NCBI RefSeq assembly: GCF_001194135.2
Contig: NC_068984.1
Location: 91,580,748-91,644,747, forward strand
Direction: 5' to 3'
DNA length: 64,000 nucleotides
DNA from: Octopus bimaculoides
Taxonomy: Eukaryota
Part shown: positions 39,221 to 52,726 of the stretch, piece by piece
How positions within the stretch are numbered: position 1 is the first letter of the stretch
Layout of the letters: every line of letters starts with the position of its first letter
Program-made: the position numbers and the translations under genes
Notes under the pieces: model-generated
Told to the model about the DNA's origin: nothing
The model's database searches: none
What the model saw: the letters and a program-made list of their open reading frames with translations, nothing else

Positions 39221-40423
39221 TTCAGGGGTTCTCAATTTGAGTATTCATGGGAGAACACATCCACAAAACGATATATACATGTGATATACACATACAACAG
39301 TAATGAAATATGCACATTGTTCTATGTGACCCCACCCAACACAAATGCATATTTATCCACACACACATATATGCATAAATCAACCGATTCCGGTAACCAC
39401 AAAACCCGAGAATTGCATGACTTAAGAGAGCCTTGCCACTTTGGCTTGAATTTTGCAGCGGTAAAAATTTAAAATAAACGTTAAAGAAACATACATATGC
39501 ATGAATATATATGTGTGTGTATATATACATACATACATTTATATGTAGATAAAATCACTATATTTTTGATTAGTTCCTTGAAAAGATGCTGAGAATCAGC
39601 AATTTGTCTGAGAGGATTGTTTCACTAGAACTTGTTGCATTTTAGAAGATGGTTGAAGTTGAGCTTCACATGAGGACTTGCCCAATACATATACCAGCAT
39701 AAAAATGCGAATGTAAAATGTATTTAAACTGGTAACCATGAATATTAGCAACATACATTTTCTAAATACTTTAAGGAATCTTTTCATTCTGTACATATCT
39801 TTTACTTGCATTACATAGTCAAACCAAAGCAGCTGTTTCTCTTGCATACCCAGCTAATTTAGATGTTCAGTGTGTAAATTATCTCCCCTCTTCTTTGAGA
39901 ACTGCAAATTACGGCCTAATTTCTTTTTTCCTTTTCCCAAGAAAAATTTCAATTAAGAACTTTATGCATATATCATCCCTTAACTTGTTTAAATCTTTAA
40001 TTTCTGTTCAGTCTTTCCCATATGTTTCACAATACTTAGCTTAATCTTTTCTAATTGTAACAAATCTGCTTTCACTGTTGTGCTGCTCCTTACATTAACG
40101 ATCAATTCATAAAATATACCTTTTTTTTTCAGAGAAAACTCTTTGCTGCCAGAAATTCTACCATATTGTCTGCAAAACAGTGTCTCAAAGTCACCTTATA
40201 CTGGTGAGTCACATATTATGAACACATATTTAAAAGGAGGAAGTATTGTCTGGTGATACAAAGCAACAGTGATTAGGTGTTTATGGTTGAATCTGCAAGA
40301 GCATATTAAGAATGAATTTGATTACATTGAAAGTAAAGTTCAACCACTGGAAAGAAGCGTGTAGCTGTTTTGAAATAAAAATGATTTTGAACTTGATTCT
40401 TCTCTAGTGCTAAAAGTGATCTA

Positions 40424-41915
40424 CACCCAGAACCATGCTAATAGCTTAGGAGTGAAATTTAGGATTTCTCAGTTTTCTGTGAATTGATTTTGATAAAACT
40501 TTTCCCAGCTGGTTTGCACACTATGGCAACACCATTGTTATATTTTCATTATTCTGTGTAATGTCCTTTCTTTTATATTTCAGATTCTTCAGTTTTTGGG
40601 TGAACCACACTAATAGTGTCTCTCTTCTCTGAGAACGATGTGATGTGGAAAAGGCCTTAATGATGAAAAAAAAGTCTGTCATTATCAAAGAAAGTGCTAA
40701 AAGCACCTCTCTTCATGTTACTGCAGAGAAGTTAGGTTGTCATGTGGACACAAATCATTCCTGAAGGACCCTTTGCCAAGGAAGAAATGATCTGATTGTG
40801 GGACCTCCAAGACTGTGACAGCTAGGGATTTAAGGAATATTTGCTACAAGTTGCGTGGGAAACCTGGACAAACAAGCAAATACATTTTCACCACCCCTGG
40901 ACTTCCCCATGTACTGAAAACCATCAGAAATCATACCTTTGGGACCATGGCTTCTGTGTGAGAACCCCTGAAACTGCCCCACTTAATGCACCATCCCAAG
41001 AGTTTGAGGCTTTAATAGGGCCAAAAGTACATGATGTTAGACATGAGTTGTGTTCTGTTCACTGATGAAACCAGGGTGACCCTTGATGGTTGGGTCTATT
41101 TTGGAGATGAGCATCAGCATCAGGGTGGAGGGTTCATGTTGTGGGCTGGTATCATTGGGGATAGACTTGTTGGCCCAGTCAGGGTGCCTGAAGGGGTTAA
41201 AATGACCACAGCCGCCGACTGAAATCTCCTGAAGGTCTTGGATCCCTGGCTAGATGACATACAACTTGTATTCATGCATAACGCTCCCTCCCATTCTGCT
41301 AGGACCACCCAAACATTACTAGGGTCTTACAGCATACAAGCTGAAAGGCTGATGGTGTGGCCGCCAGCATCTCCAGATCTCAACCCTATCAAAATTCTTT
41401 GGTCCATCATTAAACAAGACGTTTACGCTGATGGACACCAATTTACGTTGAAAGATGTCTTATGGGTGACCATCAAAACTGCAGCAGAGGCAGTCCAGCC
41501 TGCTACTATTAAGCAATTGACAGATTCCATAACTAATAGGGTTTTTGAAGTTATCCGTCGAAATGGCGCTTGTTTGGCAAAATAATTCATTATGTCAATA
41601 AATGTTATAATATTATTATGGTTTTCTGTTAAATAAATATTCAATGTATGCTTAATATGTAACATAACCCTTCATTTTCTGAAAAAAAAAAAATGTCTAG
41701 TTGAGCTATTTTCATTCAAAAGCTATTAGCATGGTTCACCCCAAAACTGAAAAATCTGAAATAAAAAAGAAAGGACGTTACACAGAATAATGAAAACATA
41801 ACAATGGTGTTGCCATATTGTGCAAACCAGCTGGGAAAATTTTTGTCAAAATCGATTCACAGAAAACTGAGAAATCCTAAATTTCACTCCTAAGCTATTA
41901 GCATGGTTCTGGGTG
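40424..41915 (+). mobile_element. Tc1-like transposon with long IR/DR-type termini
   Basis: ~195-bp inverted repeats (40424-40616; 41721-41915), each with an outer and inner copy of ...accatgctaatagct; TA on both flanks. Fragments FTDETRVTLDG, MHNAPSH, WPPASPDLNPIKILWSIIK. Confidence 0.92.
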
Positions 41916-44019
41916 TATACTTATGTCCTATTTTCTTAATCTTAAAATGAGCTAAATCTGTCTCTGGATTCAATAAAATCAAATTACAAATAGATAAATA
42001 TATATTTACTAGCTAGGAAAATCTGAAGCTAGTTGGAGTTAAGAAAATGAATTACAATTCTTTGCTGATTTGTTTTTGTTCAGCAACAAGTTTGGAAGAA
42101 AACTAACAAAACAAAAATACAAGGGTCTAAATTTTTTTTATATAAATATTTAAAGTTTATACATGGCTGACACTATATGGTATCCCTAAAGCTCCACTGT
42201 TGGTATCTTCATCACTTAGTCTTGATTCAAGAATTCAATAGCTATCAAGAATACATCTCAGAATCAGGATTTTCTACATCTGTGACACGTTTCACTGAAA
42301 AATAGAAAATAAAATAATTCAACAAGAATTCAAATAAAAAAAACCCTTTAAAATTTATTAAATTGTAATATATTTCACAGCATGTATTTGAAGCTTAATG
42401 AAATAGGTAATATCTATTTCCCGACCACCACAACTTGTACCTTCTTCCCTTGACCCTCACAAATCTTGCACCCTGGCCCCTCCACCAAACCTCTTGCACA
42501 CAGTACACATCCACCCTCCTCTTCCTCAATTCCCCTTCCACACAGACTGCTCATTTCCAACATCCCAACCTCACCCCAATCTTCTCCTCAGGCCGTCGGC
42601 TATCATAAGGCAAGTCATGTTTGCACAACCCAGGATAAGGGTTTGCACCTTCCTTTTTCAGGTAGACAGGTGCAGCCCACCCCAACCCTTTGGATTGGCT
42701 GGTGCCCATTCTCCTTTGCTATTATCATGATGCTTTTCTGTAGCTAGATTTTCTATGGGGAGCATGCCCTTGCTTACCCCCAACCTCAGTTTCTAGACAT
42801 GAGTGGTCCTGAGACTAAGGCCTCTACCATGATTTTTAAGAAATGTGGTGGAAAACTAGCTCAGGAAGGCAGGGACGCTACTCTCTGAGACCCCTTATCA
42901 GAGACCCCCTCACACTGTGTTGTAATATTTATTTGATATGGAATTATATGATATATGTAAGAAATTACATATTCAAAAATACTTATATATGTTAATATAT
43001 GCATTCACATCATCCACTGAAATGCTGGATTTAGTATCAGTTTTGATGATAAATGCTCCAGTTGTTCAATCAACAGAATCACATCCTCACTATATTATAT
43101 AGTAGAATGGCTGAGTATCCCAGACACTAGTTGGTATTTTGAATTACTGGAAACTATGGTATTTGACACCCAAGCTACTGCATGGTAAGATGAAGCACAT
43201 ATACATTCATATAAATACAAAATACAAGCATCTCATACATAGCATGAATCAGACCCAGTGCATACTTTAAATAGAAAGACTAACGTGAGGTTATGCAACC
43301 TAGACTTGCTTTCCACCAGCTCTGTCAAATGGTTTGAATTTAACATAACATGTCAATAATGTATTTCCAATCTTCAGGGCAATTAAATACTCTATAAGCA
43401 ATTTATTATTTTTTACAGAGTAATTATACATGAAATTACTGTCTAAGCCTGTTCCAAATAGTACTTAAGGCAACTTCTTCTCATTGTTTAACCATGTGGT
43501 TTCAGGTTCAATCTCACTGTGTGGAACCTTGAACAAGTGTCTTCTACTAAAGTCATGAGCTAAGCAAAGCCTTGTGAGTGGTAGACTGAAACTGAAAGAA
43601 GGCCATCATACTTGTGTGCATGTGAGTGATCACTTCTATTGGAGTGCAGTGTTATCAGGTTTTCAAGTCAGCAAATTGTTTCACTTCTTTCTTTGGAAGC
43701 CAAATAGAAATCCCTTACTAGAAAATCAGATAAGGGTCAGTATCAGGAAGGGCATCTGGTCATAAAAAAATGCCTCATCCAACCCATGCAAAAAGGGATA
43801 CATTTGAGCATTTTAAATATGAGAAAATAATTTAAACTGAACATAATAATTTAAATTAAAGAGGCGCAGGACTGGCTGTGTGGTAAGTAGCTTGCTAACC
43901 AACCACATAGTTCTGGGTTCAGTCCCACTGCGTAAAACCTTGGGCAAGTGTCTTCTGCCTTGGGCCAACCAAAGACTTCTGAGTGAATTTGGTAGATGGA
44001 AACTGAAAGAAGCCAATCG

Positions 44020-44110
<91 letters not shown>

Positions 44111-44461
44111 ATATGTGTGTGTGTTTGTCCTCCCACCAGTGTTTATGTCCTCGTAACTTAGTGGTTTGGCAAAAGGGACCAATAGAATAAGTACTGCTGT
44201 TGATTTGTTTGACTACAGGCAGTACTCCAGCATGGCCATAGTCAAATAACAAACAAATAAAAGAATGTAACTGGGGAATTTATAATGAATCAATAAATTA
44301 AGATAAAATCATTACTTACCAATATAGCGTTTCTTGTACATGTATTTGTTTTCTCCGAGATGATTAGAATACTGTAGCAGTCCAAGCCAACCAATAACTC
44401 CTGATTAAGGTATAAATAGCGTGACATTGTGTGTAAACAATATAAAACATATAACAATTTC

Positions 44462-46260
44462 ATAATCATCATCATCATCGTTTAACATCTGCTTTCCATG
44501 CGGGCATGGGTTGGACGGTTTGACTGAGGACTGGTGAGCTAGAAGGCTGCACCAGGCTCAATCTGATCTGGATGCCCTTCCTAATGCCAACCACTCTGAG
44601 AGTGTAGTGGGTGCTTTTACGTGCCACTGGCATGAGGGCCAGTCAGGCAGTTCTGGTAATGACCACGCTCAAAAGGTGTTTTTTACATGCTACCTGCATA
44701 GGAGTCAGTCCAGTGGCACTGGCAATGACCACGTTAGAATGTTGTTTTTCACATGTCACTGGCATATGTGCCGGTAAGGCGATGCTGGCAATGATCACGC
44801 TTAAATGGTGCTTTTTATGTACCACAGGCAAGGGAGCCAATCCGCGGCCCTGGCAACGATCACGCTCGGATGTACTTTTAACATTCCACTGGCACGAGTG
44901 CCAATCAGGCAGTACTGTCATCGGCCACATCAACAATTTTGATTTTGATTTCACTTGCCTCAATAGATCTTTGCAAGCAAAGTTTATTGTCCAATGAATG
45001 AGGGGTATTCATAAGTGGGCTGGTTACGCCCACTGACATAGGCCACGGGCTATGGTCTCACTTGGCTTGTCGGGTCTTCTTAAGCACAGCATATTCCGAA
45101 AGGTCACGATCACTAGTCATTGCCTCGGTAAGGCCCAATGTTTGAAAGTTGTGCTTCATCACCTCATCCCAGGTTTTCCTGGGTCTACCTCTTCCACGGG
45201 TTCCTTCCATTGCTAGGGTGTGACACTTTTTCACACAGCTGTCCTCATTCATTCGCAACACATGACCATACCAGTGCAGTTGTCTCTCTTGCACACCACA
45301 ACTGATGCTTCTTAAATCCAACTTTTCTCTCAGGGCATTTACACTCTGTTGTGTATGCACACTGACATTACACATCCAACAGAGCATACTGGCTTCATTC
45401 CTTGCGAGCTTATGCATGTCCTCAGCAGTCATGGCCCATGTAGCATGGCTGTTCGTACACATGCGTCATACAGTCTACCGTTTACTCTGAGTGAGAGGCC
45501 CTTTGTCACCAGCAGAGGTAGGAGCTCTCTGAACTTTGCCCAAGCTATTCTTATTCTAGCAGCTACATTTTCAGAGCATCCACCCCCTCTACTGACTCGG
45601 TCCCCTAGGTAATGGAAGCTATCAACTACTTGTAGTTTTTCTCCCTGGAATGTGACAGCTGTTCTCTGCACATTTTCAGTGTTTATAGCACCTGAGCATT
45701 TGCCACATATAAAAACTATCTTCCCAGTTAGCCTTCCTTTGATATTGCTGTACTTCTTATGTGTCCATAGCTTACACTGGAGTTTCTACCTACACCTTTT
45801 CTACAGATCAAGCATGGCCATCTACCTGAAGGGATTTGTGGTTTGTATGCTATCCTACTTATTAAGAGTTTGGTTTTAGCTAGGTTGACTCTAAGGCTCT
45901 TCAATTCTAATCCTTGCTTCCACACCTGAAACTTCTGCACTAGTTCTGATAGTGACTCAGCAATTAGAGCAAGGTCATCAGTATAGAGAAGCTCTCAGGG
46001 ACATCCTGTCTTCAATTCCTCTGTTACTGCCTAGAGGACTATGATGAATAAGAGGGGGCTGAGGACTGATCCTTGGTGGACCCGTACCCGGAATTCTTCA
46101 CTGTACTCATTGTCAACCCTCACCTTACCGACGGCATCCCTGTACATGGCTTGCACAGCTCTCACTAACCATTCATCTATCCCTAGTTTCCTCATTGACC
46201 ACCAGATAAGGGATTGAGAACTCTGTCAAAGGCTTTCTCCATGTCAATGAAAGCCCTGCT
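44462..46260 (-). mobile_element. RTE-clade LINE, 3' half
   Basis: Reverse-strand RT C-terminus (LYTDDLALIAES, QVWKQGLE, AARIRIAWAKFRELLPLL, GRGRPRKTW) and (GAT)n tail at about 44462. Confidence 0.95.
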
Positions 46261-47133
46261 AAATACAAGGAAAGCTAAAACTAATTGATTTAGGATGAGA
46301 GAGTACTTTGCTCAAAGTACATGCTGATAAAATTTGGATAATTCTACAGAGATATTTGTTTGAAATTTTTGGAGCTGTATACCCTTAGTTTTCAAAATGA
46401 AAGAATATACTTGGTAATATTGTTTTCTCCACTATATTATTTATCACAAGTTTTAAAGTTCTTTTATGTCCCAAGGCAAGCTTTAACACAATAAAGAGTA
46501 ACTATAACATTGTCCAAATGGAGGAATAGTATCTAATGTTTAAACAAAAATTTTCTTTCTAACTACACATCAACATTTCACACATTTTGCTAGTGACCTT
46601 GCATTAATAAAGACCATCATCATCATTTAGTACCCATTTTCCATGCTGGCATGGGTTGAACAGTTCTCATGAGAGCATGGAAGATAGGCATTAAATGATG
46701 ATGAAGATGATCTTCATTAATGAAAGGTCACAATTTCTATGAGAAGGCATTCAGTAGGCTTTTCTCTATCAAATTCGATTTATCATCATTAATATTTAAT
46801 GTTCATTTTCCATGCTGGCATGGTTTCTACAGTTGTATGCTCTTCCTAATGCCAACCATTTTACGGAGTGTACTGGGTGCTTTTATGTGACAGCAGCTCT
46901 AGTGCTTTTTACGAGACACTAACACCAGTGGTTTTCATGTGGCACCATCACCAGTGCCTTTTATGTGGTACCAACAATGACAGAGTAATGAAGTACCTTG
47001 TAAGACAAAACCCCCTCAACTAGGAGGAGAACAGTATTGAGAGGTGTGGCTTTGTGCCAGTTGAGTGATTTAAGGTACAGATATAGGTGTCTTGCTGTAG
47101 AATAGATACTCACAAGGAGTATATATATATATA

Positions 47134-48385
47134 TGTAGTGAAACTACCTATCGCCATTAGATACAAAACTACTATCGCCATTAGATACAATCTTCTCATT
47201 TAAATATAAATAAATGCGAGCGTAGTAGAGAACCCATTCCTTGTCATCACGTGACTGATCATTATTCGAATCGGCAACTTCTTCGAACTGTTCCCGCCAG
47301 ACCGCAAACTGACCAATCACGGCCCCTAATAAGGTCACGTGATAGAGTATATTTCTACCATCTGGTGAGCCAATAGTTTGTTATAAATAGCNNNNNNNNN
47401 NNNNNNNNNNNNNNNNNNNNNNNNNNNNNNNNNNNNNNNNNNNNNNNNNNNNNNNNNNNNNNNNNNNNNNNNNNNNNNNNNNNNNNNNNNNNNNNNNNNN
47501 NNNNNNNNNNNNNNNNNNNNNNNNNNNNNNNNNNNNNNNNNNNNNNNNNNNNNNNNNNNNNNNNNNNNNNNNNNNNNNNNNNNNNNNNNNNNNNNNNNNN
47601 NNNNNNNNNNNNNNNNNNNNNNNNNNNNNNNNNNNNNNNNNNNNNNNNNNNNNNNNNNNNNNNNNNNNNNNNNNNNNNNNNNNNNNNNNNNNNNNNNNNN
47701 NNNNNNNNNNNNNNNNNNNNNNNNNNNNNNNNNNNNNNNNNNNNNNNNNNNNNNNNNNNNNNNNNNNNNNNNNNNNNNNNNNNNNNNNNNNNNNNNNNNN
47801 NNNNNNNNNNNNNNNNNNNNNNNNNNNNNNNNNNNNNNNNNNNNNNNNNNNNNNNNNNNNNNNNNNNNNNNNNNNNNNNNNNNNNNNNNNNNNNNNNNNN
47901 NNNNNNNNNNNNNNNNNNNNNNNNNNNNNNNNNNNNNNNNNNNNNNNNNNNNNNNNNNNNNNNNNNNNNNNNNNNNNNNNNNNNNNNNNNNNNNNNNNNN
48001 NNNNNNNNNNNNNNNNNGTATAATTGCTCACGTGTCATTTACTGACTCTTTCTATCTGCTGTAATAACTCACACATGTATCACTCACATACACACTTTTC
48101 TTTGTATGACGGCCTGTCTTTGATTATGTTCTTATATGTCGCATTCACACTCACACACAGACATACATCTTTAACGCTACAATAAATATCTCTGTTATTC
48201 ATCTAATACGGTTGTGGTCTTTCATTACTGGTCATCTATGTTATCGTCGCATAACATATCATCTATATCATCCATCGATATATTATTGTGTGTTCGACCG
48301 TGTGACTCGTTTCAATAAAAGGAGTCCTCTGTTTTTCCATTCGTCACCATATCTCCTTTTTGAGTTCGCACGGTCGTCCCTTACA
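47134..48385 (+). mobile_element. Solo LTR (Gypsy-like), TG...CA termini, TATA TSD, spanning an N gap
   Basis: Starts TGTAGTGAAAC and ends GTCGTCCCTTACA, with TATA on both flanks. CCAAT boxes and TATAAATAG before the gap, AATAAA after it. Shares blocks with the 29-31 kb arms. Confidence 0.8.
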
Positions 48386-48409
48386 TATATATATAAATAT
48401 GCAAATATC

Positions 48410-49285
48410 ATCATCATATAATGCCTGTTGTCTATACTGGCATAGGTTGGATGGTTTGACCAGAGCTGGCAAGCTGCACCAGACTCCATCTGATTTGGCA
48501 TGGTTTTTACAACTGGATGCCCTTCCTAATATCAACCACTTTACAGAGTGCACTGCCACGAGTGCTTTACATCATTGGGACTGGTCTTAGCACTTCTGCT
48601 GTGAAGTATGGGTCTTCTTGAGTACAGTAAAGTGCCAGGCATCTCAGTCCTTTGTTATCTTGCCTGAAATGATCGGCGTCTTCAGTATTTCATCCCATAT
48701 CTTCCTGGATTTCCCACTTTCAGATGTTCCATCCACTTTGAGAGGTTGGTACTTCTTTATGGAGCTGTTGGCATCCATCTGCATCGCATGACCAAACCAG
48801 TAGTCTTCTCTCTTGCACACAGCAACCAATTCTGCTTATGCCTAACTTCCCTCTCAGAACACTGACACTCTGTCGAACATGTACATTTACATTACACATC
48901 CAGCGGAACATACTAGCCTCATTCCTTTCTAATTTGTGTATGTCCTTGGCATTCAGGGTCCACATCACACTACCAAGTAGAATTGCTGTCTGGATACATG
49001 CATCATACAATCTTCCTTTCATTCAGAGAGAGAAACCTTTTGTGGACAACAGAGGTAACAACTCTGAATTTCCTCCATCCTACCCTACTACTAATTTGGT
49101 TCCCTAGGTAGCAGAAATTATCTACTACCTCTAATGAGCTACCAGGGCATTTGAAAGTATCAATTTCCCAGGTCTCTAAAGTTTTTACAGATCCAGTGCA
49201 TTATCCACATATGAAAACTATCTTCTCTGATAACCATCCTATTAATCCAGTGCAACTCTTGTGTGTCCATAGCTTACACTGGGTA
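48410..49285 (-). mobile_element. Older RTE LINE 3' fragment
   Basis: MKGRLYDACIQTAILLGSVMW...ERNEASMFRWMCNV on the minus strand, plus the RTE tail at about 48410-48560. Confidence 0.85.
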
Positions 49286-50879
49286 TATATATGCATACAC
49301 ACATACAGAATTGGTTGAGGCAGATTATCCTCTTTAGTACACACTCTTAAAATAATGAAAATATATGTATATAATCACATATTACCTATAGTGCAATAAA
49401 CCAAGGATCCTACAATTTCAGGATTTTCATGCCAGCCTTCTTTAACAACTTGGACAAGACCTAAAATAACAAATACAATATCAATATATAGATCAACATA
49501 ATGAATAGAGAATCAAGAATAGCTTTAAAACCCTTTTTTGAAATAGGCAAGGTTATAATGTATATAACATTAGATAAAATTGCATCTGAAGCTGATATTG
49601 AGAATATGCTGGAAAAAATACTACATGAATTAAAAAGTAAAGTTATCCATTTCAGTTTGTAGCATTGTTAAATTTTAGAGGTCCAGAATCTATAATATCA
49701 CTAATAAGTATTTTAATGCTTTTTCTTACTCATTATCTCACACGAACTCTTTGGATTTAGCTGATAAAAGTGGTTCAGTTTTCTCAGCATGTGTCGGACT
49801 AAACCTATAATTTGTTAAGCATAATATCTTTTTAATGTTCTCATTCGATCATAGTTTCATTATTAGCTCATGAGATGAAGGAATTCTCTTTTCAGATATA
49901 TTCATTCTCAGAAAAGTCAGATTTGCTTTGGAGAATGGCTTTTCTTTGTTTGTAGAGAATTTTACCTAAGTTAATCAGAATGATACCTTAGTTAATCATT
50001 CTTTATTTATTAACTTTGATTCAGTGTGAAGTGCAGAGTGAAGATATCTTGATATACTTTTACTACCCCATTCGTTTTTTTTTTACAGTTCCCATGCAGT
50101 TCTGAAACACACCTATTAAATCTTTAAGACCTATCTAATGTTTGCCTACTAAGTACAGATCATAGATTGTATCAATAGCAAAAATATATCGTGCATCCTG
50201 AGCTAAATACATTTGCCAATATGCATGCTTTAAATGAAGCACTAAGAAAAATTTGTATCTCTCGTGCCACAGAAAATTGAATCGATTGATGGCACGGGAA
50301 AGAATATGTGCATTTTAATCTGCCTTGTAATTAGCAGATACGAAAAGACCCACTTCATTTTCTTATACTGATCACAGGTGAGGCACAAGCTTCAGGATGA
50401 CACCTTCAATTAAAATCCCTAACTTTACATCTGATGATAAGTCAGTAATAAAAACGAGTTTGTTGATTCTGTCTGGATTTTCTTTCTTTCTATTCAACAA
50501 TCACGACATAAAAGAAACTGTCAAAAACCGAACATTTACACAAGAATCATAGCGGTAGGGAAAAACTAAAATTCCCAAGGAAGATGTTCCTGTAATAACA
50601 AATCTATTGTACATTTATTCAAGGTCGTTTATCAAATCGAGATATTACGATAAAATTTACTTATTTGTGTCCTTGTTAATAGGCGAGAAATATTTACGTT
50701 TATCTTAAAATTCGTTAAATAGATTTTTAAGAATGCTAGTGCTCATGTAAAGATACTTTTTAATTTTACAAAAAAGAAATATTTGAATGATATTAACATT
50801 TAAGTAACGACAAGACCTTAAAAGAATGAGGAAAATATACTAATATTTCAAAGAAGACGACTAGTTTCCTTTGTATGCA

Positions 50880-51010
50880 ACGATCTTAACTTACTTTTGC
50901 CCTTGAAGATACGGGTCCAACCTCCAATGACAGGACGCGACATTTTGAATCTGCAAAATGTAAACAGGAACCGGAATTAAATATCACGTGATCAACAACA
51001 CATTTCACTC
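50880..51010. promoter_or_regulatory. Candidate promoter/enhancer motif cluster in a CpG-retaining patch
   Basis: TGTAAACA (50959-50966), AACCGGAA (50969-50976) and ATCACGTGAT (50983-50992) within 35 bp, next to ACGCGAC. Motif-level evidence only. Confidence 0.35.
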
Positions 51011-51324
51011 TCTGTTTTGGTGTCTTTTTCTTAATGTTTAGTAAAGTTTATATGCCAACAGAATGTGACAGTCCTATAAAGGAAGATGTTTCTGTTGTTT
51101 TACCCCCAGGAAAACATCTTTTCCAGCTATCGACTTCTGACGTAATTTAGTTTGGTGAACTAAATACATGAGAATTGACAAACGAAATGCAGAAAAATAT
51201 AAAATACCCGATTGAATTTTTTTTTTAAATGGGCTATTTTTCATTATAAAACGTAATTTGGAGGCTGTGTTGCGGTTAGATTTTTTTTGCGTCATTGGTG
51301 TACACACATACACACACACACACA

Positions 51325-51482
51325 TGTAAAAATATGTGACACTTATTCAGTAGCCATGATAAAACTCTGAGTTTCGGATGCCAGGGTGGGAGCCCACGCC
51401 AACATCTCTTCAGTTATCCGGCCAATTAAAAATTCCTCGGAGTTTTATCATGGCTACTGAATAAGTGTCACATATTTTTACA
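51325..51482. mobile_element. 158-bp MITE-like hairpin with 47-bp TIRs and TGT...ACA ends
   Basis: tgtaaaaatatgtgacacttattcagtagccatgataaaactc(t/c)gag and its inverse match at 46/47. No clean TSD. Confidence 0.75.
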
Positions 51483-52726
51483 GATAAATTCCTCTATTTG
51501 CATAATATCGAGGTCTCTTTCTTTCTTTTGTTGTCCTTCCTGTCAAATATATATATATATANNNNNNNNNNGTGGTCTCCTTTATATATACATATACAAT
51601 AATCCTTTGAGACCTCAGATAATTTTTCTGAATCTCCTGATTCTTTCAATGTGTTAGTTCCATGGTATTAAATTGATATTAATTAATATCCAATTTTTTA
51701 CCTTACTGTTTTAATTTACGCACACACACACACACACACATATATATTCACAGCAAGTTGTTTTACACCTATCACACTAATTATTTTTTGCTTTTGAGCT
51801 CGGGCCAAACACTGTAGTTTAGAAGCCATGGACTGACGATGTGAATGTTCCGAGTCCTCTCCCCACCCCGCCTTTTGCGAGAGCCTATTTTTTTGGTCAT
51901 ATTCGTTCAGAGCAAGTCATTTTACATCTATTACACTATTTTTCTTTTGCTTCTTGGCTCTGGTGAGGCGTCTTGGAATATTCACATCGTGAATGTTCCG
52001 AGTCCTCTCCCCACCTCCCCGTTTGCGAGCACGCATTTTTTTCTTCTTCATATTCGTTCCCAGCAAGTTGTTTTACACCTATTAGACTAATTTAAAAAAA
52101 TTTTTATCGTCGGGTTAAACGCTTTAGTTTGACCCAGAATATTTCACTTTCAAACAGCTTGCACGAGCACTTTATGTGTGCATAAAGGAAGTTCAGCAAA
52201 ACAAATAAAATAATGAAGAGAATAAATACTTATCTTTGTGTTTGCGTACTATAACGACAAAGACAGATAAAATAGGAGGCAACTTTACATGTAGCTTATT
52301 AATCCATCCATCCAGCTTTCCATCTACCTCCCTACCTACCTACCTAAAACCCATTAAGTACATGCCAGCATGCACTGAATGGATTTACTACTGAGTGCTG
52401 AAAGGTAAGGATGAGTGTTAGTGTTGCGACGACTGAGACATTGGTCCCCTCAAGAAAGTCTTCCATGTTAGTTAGAACATCATTGAGGCAAATGGAGAAG
52501 TTTAAATATGTCGAGGCCATAATCAAGAGCGATGGGAAGCAGGAGGCTGAATTGGATGCCAGAAATGCAGGTACTGGCACAGTAATGCACTGACTTCAGT
52601 ATTTGATCCCCAGAAGGGTGGGGTGGGGGTCGGTAAAAATAGCCAAAGTTACTATCTTCAGTTCAGTTTATGTGCCTATTCTTATCAATTGTCATAAATG
52701 TTGGGTAATGGTCGAAAGACTACAAT

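Noticed and set aside
43813-44252. [14 protein letters not shown] ORFs (also about 5362-5670, 15485-15778, 20416-20885)
   Set aside because: Translations of (TA)n, (CA)n and (TACA)n microsatellites and SINE sequence.
49340-49950. Weak coding-like stretches (e.g. IASEADIENMLEKILHELKSK)
   Set aside because: No convincing splice frame or recognisable motif; probably decayed repeat sequence.
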